A stretch of DNA of 64,000 nt from Gemmatimonadota bacterium (GCA_947461225.1 CANHJV010000001.1:16962-80961); one strand, 5' to 3'. Shown: positions 18,395-29,427, counted from the first letter of the stretch. Numbers and translations are program-made. Notes: generated from the letters alone by a model not told the origin.

Positions 18395-20470
18395 TCAGTA
18401 CCCAATCGGTCCTAACCGGAACAAGCTCCACGGCCACACCGGCGCTCCCGGTTCCGTTCCCGCCATGAACCACTCCACATAACGTCGCTCTTCCGGCGTC
18501 CGACCATCCGACGGCTGTCCGCTGGCTCGATCGAGTTCCACCGGTACCACGCCGGGCGGCGGCGTCCACACGCCACTGGCACGATTGCCATACGCCGCGG
18601 CAATGATCTGCCCCGCAATCGGCGCCGCCAGCGTACCGCCCGCCGCCCCCGGCGCGATCATGGTCGGCTTGTCGAAGCCCAGCCAGACGCCGGTCACCAA
18701 CTCGGGCGTCATGCCCACGAACCACACATCGGTGTTGTCGTTGGTGGTGCCCGTTTTCCCCGCCACCGGGATGCGCGCCGGCACGATCTTGCGCAACGCC
18801 GTCGCGGTGCCGCGCGTGACCACATCCTGCAACATGTCGCGCATGATGAACGCTACGCGCGGGTCCATGGCCGATCGCGCCGGTGCTACCTGCGGCGTGA
18901 ACACCGTGCGCCCGGTGCGATCCTCGATGCGCTGCACGAAGCGAGGCTCCACGGCCACGCCGCCGTTGTCGAAACTCGCGTAGGCCGCCACGAAATCGAG
19001 CGGCTGCACGACGCTCGCCCCAAGCGCACTCGAGGGGTACGGCGAGATGGGCGAGCGCAGCCCCGCGCGGCGTGCCAGCGCGATCACCGAGTCCATGCCC
19101 ACCGAGAGCGCGAGCTGCACTGCGACCGGATTGCGCGACTTCGTGAGCGCCTCCCGCAACGTGAGCGCGCCCAGGAACGCGTTGTCGGCGTTGTCGGGGC
19201 TGTACGTCTGTCCATTGTCGAGCCGAATCCGCAGCGCGGTATCAGCCACCATGGCATTGGCCGTCAATCCCTGCGCAATGCTTTGCGCATACACGAACGC
19301 CTTGAAGCTCGAGCCGGGCTGCCGGTTGCCGTCGACGGCGCGGTTGAACGAACTCCGCGCGTAGTCGCGCCCTCCCACCAGCGCGCGCACATCGCCGGTG
19401 GTGGGATCGAGTACCACCGCCGCGCCTTCCAGGCACGCCTCGACCTTCGTCTTCTTGGCCACCGTGGCCGCCGTATCTCCGGCCACCCGCGCACAGCGCT
19501 GACCACGAAAACCCGGGCGCGTTTCGATCTCGTCGAGTCCACCGCTGAGCGCCTGCTGCGTGGCGCGCTGCAACGCGGCGTCGATCGTGGTGTGAATGCG
19601 ATATCCGCCCTGCATCACGGCAATACCGGCCCGCTCGGCCTGTATGCGCACCACGTCCACCACCCATGGCGCCGTACCCCGCGTGGTCGTCACGGTCCGC
19701 ACCGGCTCGCGCTGCGCCGCCGCCGACTGCGCGGCCGTGATGTACCCCTGCTCCGCCATCAGCGCGAGCACCGTGTTGCGCCGCGTGCGATTCCGATCGG
19801 GATAGCGGGCCGGATCGTACTGCACCGGGCTCTTGGGCATCGACGCCAGCGACGCCGCCTCGGCCAAGGTGAGATCGGCTGCGCCCTTCCCGAAGAACTG
19901 ACGCGCCGCCATCTCGATGCCGTAGGCACCGCGACCGAACGAAATCTGATTGAGGAACGCTTCGAGGATCTGCTCCTTGCTGTAGTGCCGCTCCATTTCG
20001 CGCGCCGCCTGCTGCTCACGCAACTTGCGCCCAGCCGACACATCACGACGATCGATCAAGTCGGGGTGCATGTTGCCCACCAGCAGCTGCGTGATCGTGC
20101 TCGCGCCGCGAAGATTGCCCTTCGTCACGGCGTCCTTGATGGCGCCAGCCACGCCGACCAGATCAACGCCGTCGTGCTGATAGAAGCGCTTGTCTTCGAC
20201 GGCCACGAACGCATGCCCGATATACTTCGGGAGGGAACGGAGCGCGATGTTGATACGCCGCTCCTTGCCCAGCTCGCCGATCAGCGCGCCGTCGCGCGCC
20301 AGCACGAGCGACGCCTGCGGCGGCGTGACGATTTGCCACGCTTCGCCGGTGGAGCCAGCCGCCCCCTGGGCCGCCATACCAGCAGGGAGGAGCGCCAGCA
20401 CGAGGGGCAGGCAGATCATGGACGCCGCGGCCAGGCGAGAACGACCGTATCGGGATTGCAGAGCGCGCAT
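18395..20470 (-). CDS. Class A penicillin-binding protein (PBP1A family)
   Basis: Transglycosylase EDKRFYQHDG, GASTITQ, RKLRE; transpeptidase SSFK, SRN, KTG. Start 20470 or 20491. Confidence 0.93.
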   Translation of the reverse strand: MRALQSRYGRSRLAAASMICLPLVLALLPAGMAAQGAAGSTGEAWQIVTPPQASLVLARDGALIGELGKERRINIALRSLPKYIGHAFVAVEDKRFYQHDGVDLVGVAGAIKDAVTKGNLRGASTITQLLVGNMHPDLIDRRDVSAGRKLREQQAAREMERHYSKEQILEAFLNQISFGRGAYGIEMAARQFFGKGAADLTLAEAASLASMPKSPVQYDPARYPDRNRTRRNTVLALMAEQGYITAAQSAAAQREPVRTVTTTRGTAPWVVDVVRIQAERAGIAVMQGGYRIHTTIDAALQRATQQALSGGLDEIETRPGFRGQRCARVAGDTAATVAKKTKVEACLEGAAVVLDPTTGDVRALVGGRDYARSSFNRAVDGNRQPGSSFKAFVYAQSIAQGLTANAMVADTALRIRLDNGQTYSPDNADNAFLGALTLREALTKSRNPVAVQLALSVGMDSVIALARRAGLRSPISPYPSSALGASVVQPLDFVAAYASFDNGGVAVEPRFVQRIEDRTGRTVFTPQVAPARSAMDPRVAFIMRDMLQDVVTRGTATALRKIVPARIPVAGKTGTTNDNTDVWFVGMTPELVTGVWLGFDKPTMIAPGAAGGTLAAPIAGQIIAAAYGNRASGVWTPPPGVVPVELDRASGQPSDGRTPEERRYVEWFMAGTEPGAPVWPWSLFRLGPIGY

Positions 20471-20575
20471 GGGGGAATTGTACACGCTCAACGATGAGCC
20501 GGTTCATCCCACCTCAACCGCCGAAAGGAGCGCCCGACCGTAGGCGATCCGAGCCGATCCTCCTAGTTTGCATGC

Positions 20576-22501
20576 ATGCCTGGTGATCCGATCCGTCCGC
20601 TAACGCTGGCCCTCTGCCAGTTCGCCCCCCGCAAGGGCGATGTCGCCGCCAACCTCGCCCGTATCGGGCGCCTGTGCGCGCAAGCCGCCACCCTCGACCC
20701 GCGCCCGCAGGTCGTGCATTTCCCCGAGACCGCCCTGTCGGGGTACTTCGTGGAAGGGGGCGTCCGTGAGGTGGCCTGCACGGCCGGTGCATTGGCTTAC
20801 GATCTCGACGACGCCTACCGCACCGCCTGCGCGGCAGCTGGGATCGACTGCGTGGCCATGGACCTCGTGATCGGCTTCTACGAGCGGTGGCGCGACACGC
20901 TGTACAACAGCGCCGCCTACCTCACCATCGGCCTCGACGACGGCCCGCCCGTGATCCGGCACGTGCACCGCAAGAACTACCTGCCCACCTACGGACTGTT
21001 CGACGAAGAGCGCTTCGTGGAACGCGGCACCGACATCCGCGCCTTCGAGACTCCGTGGGGCCGGGCGGCCATTCTGGTGTGCGAAGACGCCTGGCACTCG
21101 ATCAGTGGCACCATCGCCGCCCTCGACGGCGCCCAGGTGGTGTTCGTGTCGTCGGCCGCCCCCGCCCGCGGCATCTGGCCCCGTGACGACGGCATTGCCG
21201 GTCCGTACAGTGCCGCCCGCTGGGAGCGGCTCATCCGCGACATCGCGGAAGAACAGGGCGTCTACACCAGCTTCGTGAACCTGGTCGGTTCCGAAGGTGG
21301 CAAGCGCTTCTTCGGCACGTCGCACCTGGTTGGGCCGGGTGGCGACGTGCGCGGCCGCGCACCGGTATGGGACGAGTCGTTCGTGTCCCTCACGGTCGAT
21401 CTCGATGACCTCGTCCGCGCCCGCGCCGACGGGCCCCTGCTGAGCGACCTGCGCGTGGCGCTGCCGCACGTGCTCGACAACATCCGTCGGGTCCAGGATG
21501 GCGCACCGGTGTCGTTGTCGTACGACGGACCGGAGCCCGCCGCCGCCGATCTCGTGCGCGGCGCCCGAGGCTTCAGCACCGGGGAATTCGCCGTTCCCAC
21601 CGAAGCGCTGCAGCGCGCCAACTCGATCGTGCGCGCGATTCCCGAATCGCTGCCCGTGATCCGGCACGAGATGCGCGACCACGGCGGGCCGCCGCCGCTC
21701 GCCATCGACGCCGAGATGACGGAAGAATGGCTTACCGGATTCCTGCGCGAAGAGCTCACGCGCCGTGGCTTTGGGAAAGTCGTGATCGGCATATCGGGCG
21801 GCGTCGATTCCGCCGTCACCGCGTTCCTCGCGGTGCGCGCGCTCGGTCGCGAGAACGTCATCGGTATCCGCCTGCCGTACCGCACCTCGAGCGCAGAATC
21901 GCTCGACCACGCGCAGCTGGTGATCGACGCCCTCGGCATCGAGTCGCGTACCGTCGACATCAGCCCGGCCGTGGACGGCTACCTCACCGCCGAACCCGAC
22001 GCCGACGCCTCGCGTCGTGGCAACATCATGGCCCGCACGCGCATGATCGCGCTGTTCGACCTCTCGGCCCGCTATCGTGCCCTGCCGTTGGGCACCGGCA
22101 ACAAGACCGAACGCCTGTTCGGCTACTTCACCTGGCACGCCGACGACTCTCCGCCGATCAACCCCATCGGTGATCTCTACAAAACGCAGGTGTGGGCCCT
22201 CGCCCGGCACTTGGGCGTGCCCGACATCATCATCACCAAGCCGGCCACCGCCGATCTCATCGCCGGCCAGACCGACGAAGGCGATCTCGGTATCAGCTAC
22301 GCACGCGCCGACGAGATCCTGAACGGCATGCTGCACGGCTTCTCGCATGAGGCCCTGCGTGCGCGCGGCTTCCAGCGCGATGAACTCACGCTCGTGTCGA
22401 AGCGCCTCAACGGCACACACTGGAAGCGTCGTCCGCCCGCCACGGCACTGGTGAGCCAATCGGGCATCGGCGAATCGTATCTGCGACCGGTGGACTATTG
22501 A
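20576..22501 (+). CDS. nadE: Glutamine-dependent NAD+ synthetase
   Basis: Nitrilase-like triad (FPE, RKNYLP, CED) fused to a synthetase domain (SGGVDS, NIMARTRM, TGNKTE, DLYKTQV). Confidence 0.95.
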   Translation: MPGDPIRPLTLALCQFAPRKGDVAANLARIGRLCAQAATLDPRPQVVHFPETALSGYFVEGGVREVACTAGALAYDLDDAYRTACAAAGIDCVAMDLVIGFYERWRDTLYNSAAYLTIGLDDGPPVIRHVHRKNYLPTYGLFDEERFVERGTDIRAFETPWGRAAILVCEDAWHSISGTIAALDGAQVVFVSSAAPARGIWPRDDGIAGPYSAARWERLIRDIAEEQGVYTSFVNLVGSEGGKRFFGTSHLVGPGGDVRGRAPVWDESFVSLTVDLDDLVRARADGPLLSDLRVALPHVLDNIRRVQDGAPVSLSYDGPEPAAADLVRGARGFSTGEFAVPTEALQRANSIVRAIPESLPVIRHEMRDHGGPPPLAIDAEMTEEWLTGFLREELTRRGFGKVVIGISGGVDSAVTAFLAVRALGRENVIGIRLPYRTSSAESLDHAQLVIDALGIESRTVDISPAVDGYLTAEPDADASRRGNIMARTRMIALFDLSARYRALPLGTGNKTERLFGYFTWHADDSPPINPIGDLYKTQVWALARHLGVPDIIITKPATADLIAGQTDEGDLGISYARADEILNGMLHGFSHEALRARGFQRDELTLVSKRLNGTHWKRRPPATALVSQSGIGESYLRPVDY

Positions 22502-22518
22502 ACGCGCCAGCGTAGCGC

Positions 22519-23112
22519 ATGCTCGACGAGTTTCGCATCTACCTCGATCTCGGCGTTCGGCATATCGCCGATCTGGCCGGGTACGATCACATCCTGTTCG
22601 TTACGGCGCTCGCCATTCCCTTCGGGATCCGTGACTGGCGACGTCTGGCCATCCTCGTCACCGCGTTCACCGTGGGCCACAGCCTCACCCTGGCCCTCGC
22701 CACGCTGCGGCTAGTCTCGGTGTCGTCGCAGCTCGTGGAAACGCTGATCCCGGCCACCATTCTGGTGACGGCGCTCGGCGCGTACACCGCCGACACCCCG
22801 CGGCGCCCCGAGAACCCGGTCACGATCGCGCGCTACGGCATGGCGCTGTGCTTCGGTCTCATTCACGGACTGGGCTTCTCGACGTACCTCCGGGCGCTGC
22901 TCGGCGACGAAGAGAGCATCGCGGGTCCGCTGCTCGCGTTCAACATCGGACTCGAGCTCGGCCAGCTCGTCATTCTATGTGTCGTCCTCGCCATTGGCGC
23001 CGCGCTCGTCCCGGCGATACTTCCGCGTCGCCGGTGGGTACAAATTCTGGTGGGCGTGACCGGTGGTCTCGCGCTCATGCTGCTGGTCCAGCGCCTCGGC
23101 GACTGGTCGTGA
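22519..23112 (+). CDS. HupE/UreJ family membrane protein
   Basis: GVRHI...GYDHILF, TAFTVGHSLTL, FGLIHGLGF, FNIGLELGQ. Confidence 0.9.
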   Translation: MLDEFRIYLDLGVRHIADLAGYDHILFVTALAIPFGIRDWRRLAILVTAFTVGHSLTLALATLRLVSVSSQLVETLIPATILVTALGAYTADTPRRPENPVTIARYGMALCFGLIHGLGFSTYLRALLGDEESIAGPLLAFNIGLELGQLVILCVVLAIGAALVPAILPRRRWVQILVGVTGGLALMLLVQRLGDWS

Positions 23113-23135
23113 TCACCCATTTCACCGTTCATCGC

Positions 23136-25223
23136 ATGCGAACGTCTCTCCGCGCCTTTGCGGCTGCGCTCCTGCTCCTCCCGGCCGCGCTGCCTACCGT
23201 CTTGGAAGCGCAACAGTGGCTGAACGCCGAGCCGAACCCCAAGGTCAACAAGTCGTCGTTCCGCGCGCTCGACGAATGGCCGTCGCCGAACGATTTCCGT
23301 GATGCGTCCGGTTCGCCAGGACCGCGTTATTGGCAACAGCGAGTGGACTATGTGATCCGCACCACGCTCGACACCACGACGCACTCGGTGAAGGGCTCGG
23401 AGCGCATCACGTATCACAACAACTCGCCGCAGCCACTCGGCTACCTGTGGTTCCAGCTCGATCAGAACATCGAAGCAAAAACGAGCCGCGCCAACATGAC
23501 GAAGTCGGCGCTGCCGGCCACGATGTCACCGCAGGCCCGCCGCTTTTTGCTGCCAGAGGAAGAGCCGGTGGGCGGCTACGACATCACGCGCGTGGCGCTG
23601 ATGTCGGTGAACGGACAAACGGCGAAGCCGGCGCGGTACATCATCAACGGCACGCAGATGCGCGTGAACCTCGACACGCCGATCCCCACCGGTGGCAAGG
23701 CCGTGGTGGACATCGACTGGTCGTTCGTAGTGCCCGAGGGCGGCAACAACAACCGCGGCGTGCGTGAACTGGTAAAGGACGGTTGGATCTACGAGATCGC
23801 GCAGTGGTTCCCGCGTGCTGCCGTGTATGACGACGTGACCGGCTGGCAGAACGACCCGTTTCTCGGCCAGGGTGAGTTCTATCTCAATTTCGGCAACTAC
23901 GACGTCAGCATCACGGTGCCGCACGATCACATCGTGCGCTCCACGGGTACGCTGAAGAACCCGCTACAGGTGCTCACGCCCACGCAGCGCGCGCGCTTGG
24001 CGACGGCGATCGCCGGCGACACGTCGGTGTTTATCGTGCGCCCCAACGAAGTGGCCACGCCCGGTGCGCGTCCAGCTGGCACGGCCCCGATCACGTGGCG
24101 CTTTACCGCCGAGAACGTGCGCGACTTCGCGTGGGCCAGCAGCAAGACGTTCGTGTGGGACGCCGCCGGTTTCCGCTACGCGCCGGCCGGCCGCACGATC
24201 GAACTGCACTCGGTGTACCCGCGCGACGCGATGCCGTTGTGGAGCGACATCTCGACCAAGGCGATCGCGCAGACCATGCGCAGCTACGGCCGCCTGGCGT
24301 TCGAGTATCCATATGCGCAGGCGTCGAACGTGAACGGATCGGTGGGCGGCATGGAGTATCCCATGATCGCCTTCTGCGGCGGGCGCCCCGGCGCGGACGG
24401 GAAGTACACCAAGAATCAGGAATACGCGCTGGCCTCGGTCACCATTCACGAGGTCGGACACAACTGGTTTCCGATGATTGTCGCTACCGACGAGCGGAAG
24501 TGGACGTGGATGGACGAGGGACTGAACTCGTTCCTCGAGTACTACGGCTCGCTCGACTACGACAAGAACTGGCCGGCGGCGCGTCTGCGCGGGCCGGCGC
24601 CGAACATCGTGAACTACATGAAGGACGCCGACCAGGTGCCCCTCATGACCGAGTCGGACTTTGTGCATCGACAGTTCGGCAACAACGGCTACAGCAAGCC
24701 GGCCGCCGGCTTGGTCATGCTGCGCGAGAAGGTGCTGGGCCCCGAGCGCTTCGACCTGGCGTTTCAGGAGTACTCGAAGAAGTGGATGTTCAAGCATCCG
24801 CAGCCGGCCGACCTGTTCCGCACGTTGGCCAGCGGCGCGGGTGAGCGCCTCGATTACTTCTGGCGTGGGTGGTTCTACAGCACCTACAACAATGATCAGG
24901 CGATCACCAAGGTCGAGTCGCAGGATGCGCAGGCGTTCGCCGGCACGACCAAGCGTGGGAAGTTCTATCACCGCATTACCGCCGAGAACAAGGGCGGGCT
25001 CGTGTTGCCGCTGGAGCTCGAGATCGAGTTCACCGACGGCACCAAGGAGCGCGTGAAGATGCCGGCCGAAGTGTGGCGCAACAACGAGAAGTCCCACGAC
25101 TACGGCTTCTTCTCCGACAAGGAGATCGCCAAGGTCACGGCCGATCCCGATTCGGGATTTGCAGACGTGGATCGTACCAACAACACGTTCACGAAGGGCG
25201 CGAGCACGCGCCCGATTGGATGA
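23136..25223 (+). CDS. M1 family zinc metallopeptidase (secreted)
   Basis: Signal peptide; GPRYWQQ, GGMEYP, HEVGH...WMDEG. Alternative coupled start GTG 23109. Confidence 0.92.
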   Translation: MRTSLRAFAAALLLLPAALPTVLEAQQWLNAEPNPKVNKSSFRALDEWPSPNDFRDASGSPGPRYWQQRVDYVIRTTLDTTTHSVKGSERITYHNNSPQPLGYLWFQLDQNIEAKTSRANMTKSALPATMSPQARRFLLPEEEPVGGYDITRVALMSVNGQTAKPARYIINGTQMRVNLDTPIPTGGKAVVDIDWSFVVPEGGNNNRGVRELVKDGWIYEIAQWFPRAAVYDDVTGWQNDPFLGQGEFYLNFGNYDVSITVPHDHIVRSTGTLKNPLQVLTPTQRARLATAIAGDTSVFIVRPNEVATPGARPAGTAPITWRFTAENVRDFAWASSKTFVWDAAGFRYAPAGRTIELHSVYPRDAMPLWSDISTKAIAQTMRSYGRLAFEYPYAQASNVNGSVGGMEYPMIAFCGGRPGADGKYTKNQEYALASVTIHEVGHNWFPMIVATDERKWTWMDEGLNSFLEYYGSLDYDKNWPAARLRGPAPNIVNYMKDADQVPLMTESDFVHRQFGNNGYSKPAAGLVMLREKVLGPERFDLAFQEYSKKWMFKHPQPADLFRTLASGAGERLDYFWRGWFYSTYNNDQAITKVESQDAQAFAGTTKRGKFYHRITAENKGGLVLPLELEIEFTDGTKERVKMPAEVWRNNEKSHDYGFFSDKEIAKVTADPDSGFADVDRTNNTFTKGASTRPIG

Positions 25224-25744
25224 AACTCGCCACGCTGGCCTTGGCCGCCCTGTTGTTCGGTGGCGGCGACGCAGGTGACCGTGTGATGCACGACGTGCAC
25301 AGCACGCACACGCGCGCCGTCGTCGAGGGCGGCACGGTGATGTGGAAGGTGCGGCTGTTCAGCGATGATCTGGAAAAGGGGTTGCGCGCCTATGCGCGTC
25401 GCCCCGCCTTCGCGCTGGACCGTGACCCCAAAGCCGACTCGCTCTTCACCGCGTACTTCAACGCCACGGTGAGCGTATCGGCCGACGGCCGCGCGCTCAA
25501 GGCGCAGCTGGTGCAGCAGGGCGTGGACACAGATCCGGTGGGCGGCACCGTGCACTGGTATTTGCTGCAGTTCGACGCCGGGCGTGCACCGGCCATGCTT
25601 GCTATTCGCAACACGCTGTTGGCCGAACTCTTTTCGAATCAGGCCAACATCGTGGTGCTGTTGTCGATGCCAGGCGAGAAGCGCCATTCGCTGTACTTCG
25701 GCGATGGCGACATGCTGGCGCAGACCGTCAACCTGCGGCGCTAG
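25220..25744 (+). CDS. DUF6702-like secreted protein
   Basis: ATG overlaps the M1 stop; signal peptide then HDVHST...FSDDLE...NTLLAELFSNQAN. Confidence 0.75.
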   Translation: MKLATLALAALLFGGGDAGDRVMHDVHSTHTRAVVEGGTVMWKVRLFSDDLEKGLRAYARRPAFALDRDPKADSLFTAYFNATVSVSADGRALKAQLVQQGVDTDPVGGTVHWYLLQFDAGRAPAMLAIRNTLLAELFSNQANIVVLLSMPGEKRHSLYFGDGDMLAQTVNLRR

Positions 25745-25751
25745 ACGTCCG

Positions 25752-26540
25752 TTACCGGTCCGCCCACATCGCGTCCGGGTCGGCCGCCGCCAAGGCTACG
25801 CAGAACGTCGCAATCCGCTCCACGGCCTGCGCCACGAACGCGGCGCCCTTCTCCGCGGTCGCCGCGCGCGGGTCGCCCACGCCGGTATCGGCGGTCACCT
25901 GCGTCCAGCGACGCGGCATCCACGCCCAGCCGCTGCGTACGCCGTCGAACACGCTGGGCTTGGCGTGCCCATCGCCCCACGTGCTGCGATCGGGCACGAC
26001 CAAGTGCGGCGCCACGTGCATGATCGCCGCAGTCTCGAGTTCGCCAGCGTGATCGCCCGCGCTCTCGAACACACCATGATCGCCGGCCTGCCACCAATTC
26101 ACGATCGCGAGCACGATCGTTGTGCTGGGCTGTAGCTCCCGCACCAGCGCGCGGAGTTCATTGCCGCCGTGCGCGTTGAGTAACACCAGCGCCCGCACGC
26201 CATGCGGCTCGAGGCTCGTCACCACATCACGCAACAGCGCCAGCTGCGTGCTCGGCATCATGTTGATCGTGAAGCGCAGGTCGAGCTGCTTGGTGTTCAC
26301 GCCGAATGGCACTGCCGGTAACGCCGCCACACGTACGCTCTGGGCGGCGCACGAGGCCGCCACGCGAGCCGCGACCTCACGCCCCATGATGGTGTCGGTG
26401 CCATACGGCAAATGCGTGTTGTGCGGCTCAGTGGCCCCGAAGGGCAGCAGCGCCACCGGCCACTCGCCGTCACGCATGGTCGGCCACGTCTGCTCTTCCA
26501 GCACACCGGCGCGCGGTGCGTATGCGTCGGACGTACTCAC
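25752..26540 (-). CDS. Creatininase family amidohydrolase
   Basis: GATEPHNTHLPYGTD, NAHGGN, DHAGELET. Confidence 0.92.
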   Translation of the reverse strand: MSTSDAYAPRAGVLEEQTWPTMRDGEWPVALLPFGATEPHNTHLPYGTDTIMGREVAARVAASCAAQSVRVAALPAVPFGVNTKQLDLRFTINMMPSTQLALLRDVVTSLEPHGVRALVLLNAHGGNELRALVRELQPSTTIVLAIVNWWQAGDHGVFESAGDHAGELETAAIMHVAPHLVVPDRSTWGDGHAKPSVFDGVRSGWAWMPRRWTQVTADTGVGDPRAATAEKGAAFVAQAVERIATFCVALAAADPDAMWADR

Positions 26541-26543
26541 GAA

Positions 26544-27404
26544 TCAGCGCCCCTGCCCGAACGTATCACACGAGCGCGGATCGCCCGAGTTTATGCCCTT
26601 ACGGAACCACGCCTTCCGGTCGGCACTCGACCCGTGCGTGAACGATTCCGGGTTCACCCGACCCGTCGACATCTGCTGCAGGCGATCATCACCAACCGCC
26701 GCGGCCGCGCCGAGTCCTTCGTCGAGGTCACCGGGTTCGATGATGCCCTCGCGTGCCGCGAAATGCGCCCACACGCCGGCATAGCAATCGGCCTGCAGCT
26801 CCATGGCCACCGACAGCTGATTGCCCGCCGCCGGATTGCGCTGCACGGCGCTGCGCATGGCCTTCTCGGTACCCGTGAGATGCTGCACGTGGTGCCCGAT
26901 CTCGTGCGCCAACACATACGCCTGCGCAAAATCACCGGGCGCGCCGAACTGACGATCGAGCTGATCGAAGAAGGAGAGATTCACGTACACGCGCTGATCG
27001 CCGGGGCAGTAGAACGGCCCCGACGCCGCACTGGCGTCGCCGCACGCCGACTGCACCCCATCGCGGAACAGCACCAACCGCGCGTCCTGGTATCCCGGCA
27101 CCAGCGTGTGCCACGACGCCTGCGCCGTGTCGAGCACGAACGACACGAACTGCACCATCTGCTCCTCGGCAGCGTCGGCCACCGGCGCCTGCTGCGCGGC
27201 CGGTGCCATGGCATCACCCGGCACCCCGCCAGTGAACTCGGTGAGCAGATCGCGTTTGAAGATCAGGCTCAGCACCAACAAGATCACGGTGCCGCCGAGG
27301 CCCAGCTTCACGCCGCCGCCTCCGCCGCCGCGGAATCCTCCGCCGCCACTCGCGCCACGACGATCTTCGAGATTGTCACTCCGGCCACCCGGGGTCCAAC
27401 GCAT
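26544..27404 (-). CDS. Neutral zinc metallopeptidase (YpfJ family)
   Basis: SDNLEDRR, GPFYCPGD, AHEIGHHVQ, ELQADC, FTHGSS. Confidence 0.93.
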   Translation of the reverse strand: MRWTPGGRSDNLEDRRGASGGGGFRGGGGGGVKLGLGGTVILLVLSLIFKRDLLTEFTGGVPGDAMAPAAQQAPVADAAEEQMVQFVSFVLDTAQASWHTLVPGYQDARLVLFRDGVQSACGDASAASGPFYCPGDQRVYVNLSFFDQLDRQFGAPGDFAQAYVLAHEIGHHVQHLTGTEKAMRSAVQRNPAAGNQLSVAMELQADCYAGVWAHFAAREGIIEPGDLDEGLGAAAAVGDDRLQQMSTGRVNPESFTHGSSADRKAWFRKGINSGDPRSCDTFGQGR

Positions 27405-27420
27405 CTGTCGTTCTCCGCGA

Positions 27421-29427
27421 TTACGGCGCCGAAGTCGGCTTCACCGGTAAAAAGTCCTGATCATCCGCCCCGACCGTGCGCAGCCACACCAGCACCTCGG
27501 CAATGCGCTCTGGTCCGAAAATACCCCGCTGTCCCTGTAACCGGCGCACCTGTCGGAGCTCGCGCCCGTTTTGACTCCACGTCGAACTGTAACTGCCAAA
27601 GAAGCTCGTAGCGGACACGTTGGCCGGGAGTTCAACGGTCCAGCCCGGCGGCAACGTCACGATCCACTCGGTGACATTGGCCATCGGGGCCAGAATCTGG
27701 CCGGCGTCGATCGGCAACTGCCGCGCGCCGCGACTTTCGAGTTCCCTGAGTGCCGCGCGGACGCTCCGTGCCGGTCCGCGCACCACCGACGGTATGGCGA
27801 GGAGTTTGGTCGTTCCGATCGTGCGGATCAGCGCATCAGACGACACCGTATACGAGAGCTGCGCGGGCGCCGAAAGATCGCGACCGTTGAAGAGCACCAG
27901 CGAGTCTATCCTCGCGGTACCGGAGCGCTCGGAACCGAAGAGGCGCTGCGTGATCGATCGCGAGAACGCGGCGCGCCGCGTGGAGTCGAGTGGCGTGCTC
28001 AGCCCCATGCGCATGGCGTACGTGGGCGACCCTTGCGCACGCTCAACGGCGCGGCCGGTCGCCCGACCGTCTGCACCTAACAGCATCGTGAGCTGCAACG
28101 ACGACACGTTCTGCTCCGTGGGTCGCACGGGCAGCGTAATCCGCTGCGCCGCGCCGTCCTCGCCAACAATGATCGCGAAACTTCCTTGATACGCATCAGG
28201 CAACTCACCATACGGAATCGACTCGGCCGTGAGGTCGGTGTACACCCAACCCGCGCCGTCGCGCACGGCGGCGATGGCGTGATTGAACTGGAACACCGTT
28301 GGCACGTTGGGATCGGGACGCGGCGAGAGCGACAGCAACACGGTGTTCGCCGCGATGCGATACCGGCGCAGTGCGGCCACGAACAGCGTCGCCTTGTCCT
28401 TGCAGTCGCCGAGCGAGGTCGCGAGCACGTCATCTGGCGTGCGCGGCTGGTAGCTGCCCATGCCGAGGGCCACCGAGAGATACCGGATGTCCTGCGCCAC
28501 GAACCGATGCACCGCACGAACGGTGTCGAGCATCGTGCGCGCACCGCTCGCGCGCACGAGCGAATCGACGCGCGTGGCGGCGGTGGCACTCAACGCGTAG
28601 CGATCTTTCGACAGGCCGTGATACCACCTCGCGATCTCGGTCCACGTGCTCCGTGGCGCCACGGTGATCGTTTGCACCACGCCATTCGAATCGGCCGCGA
28701 ACGGCTCGCCGCGGATGCCCGGCAGATCGCTGGCCGCCCACGTGTAGCGCCGACGCCCGTTCGCAATGTCATCGCGACGCGGCACGGTGAGGTTGCGTTC
28801 CACGATGGTGGGCGCGTATCCCTCGGGCACGTCGAGCTCGATCAACGAGCGCCGGATGGCCACCGGCCCGTTCAGGCCGGCGCGAAAGAGAAAGTCACCC
28901 ACGCGCGGCGAGGCCGATTCCTTTACTGACCACGCGATGTCGACCACCGTCCCCGCCGTCACGCCCGCCAACGACAACCGGCGCACGCGCTGATCCTGAT
29001 AGATCGGATTCGCCATCGCCGCCGGCACGTCGGCATCCTGCAGCTGCGCCGGTTTGTTGGCGACGACCACACCCGTGGTGCGCAGCACGCGCACCCACTC
29101 GATGGTCAATGTCTGATGGGACGACGCGAACGCGAAGGCCTGCTCGGCCAGGCCGCGCGCGGCGCTCTCGTCGACCACCTGGACCGCCCGTCGGTTGCGC
29201 TGCTGCCAGCGTCCGTCGGCCTCCACGCGAAAACTGGATTCCTGCAACAGCACCACGAGGGGCTGCCCGACCGCGCGCGCCGGATCGACCGCCAGTCGCA
29301 GCACCGAATCGGAGGGCACGAGCGGAAGCGGCGAGGTTGACGCCGACGTCTGTGCCCACGCCGTGCGCGTGCACAACACCGCCAAGGCGCTTAGCGCCAG
29401 AGTCCGAAGCATTGGGAATGGTCGCAC
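27421..29427 (-). CDS. DUF3857 + transglutaminase-like secreted protein
   Basis: Signal peptide; IRY, GDCKDKA, FNHAI, YTDLT (Cys-His-Asp triad). Confidence 0.88.
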   Translation of the reverse strand: MRPFPMLRTLALSALAVLCTRTAWAQTSASTSPLPLVPSDSVLRLAVDPARAVGQPLVVLLQESSFRVEADGRWQQRNRRAVQVVDESAARGLAEQAFAFASSHQTLTIEWVRVLRTTGVVVANKPAQLQDADVPAAMANPIYQDQRVRRLSLAGVTAGTVVDIAWSVKESASPRVGDFLFRAGLNGPVAIRRSLIELDVPEGYAPTIVERNLTVPRRDDIANGRRRYTWAASDLPGIRGEPFAADSNGVVQTITVAPRSTWTEIARWYHGLSKDRYALSATAATRVDSLVRASGARTMLDTVRAVHRFVAQDIRYLSVALGMGSYQPRTPDDVLATSLGDCKDKATLFVAALRRYRIAANTVLLSLSPRPDPNVPTVFQFNHAIAAVRDGAGWVYTDLTAESIPYGELPDAYQGSFAIIVGEDGAAQRITLPVRPTEQNVSSLQLTMLLGADGRATGRAVERAQGSPTYAMRMGLSTPLDSTRRAAFSRSITQRLFGSERSGTARIDSLVLFNGRDLSAPAQLSYTVSSDALIRTIGTTKLLAIPSVVRGPARSVRAALRELESRGARQLPIDAGQILAPMANVTEWIVTLPPGWTVELPANVSATSFFGSYSSTWSQNGRELRQVRRLQGQRGIFGPERIAEVLVWLRTVGADDQDFLPVKPTSAP

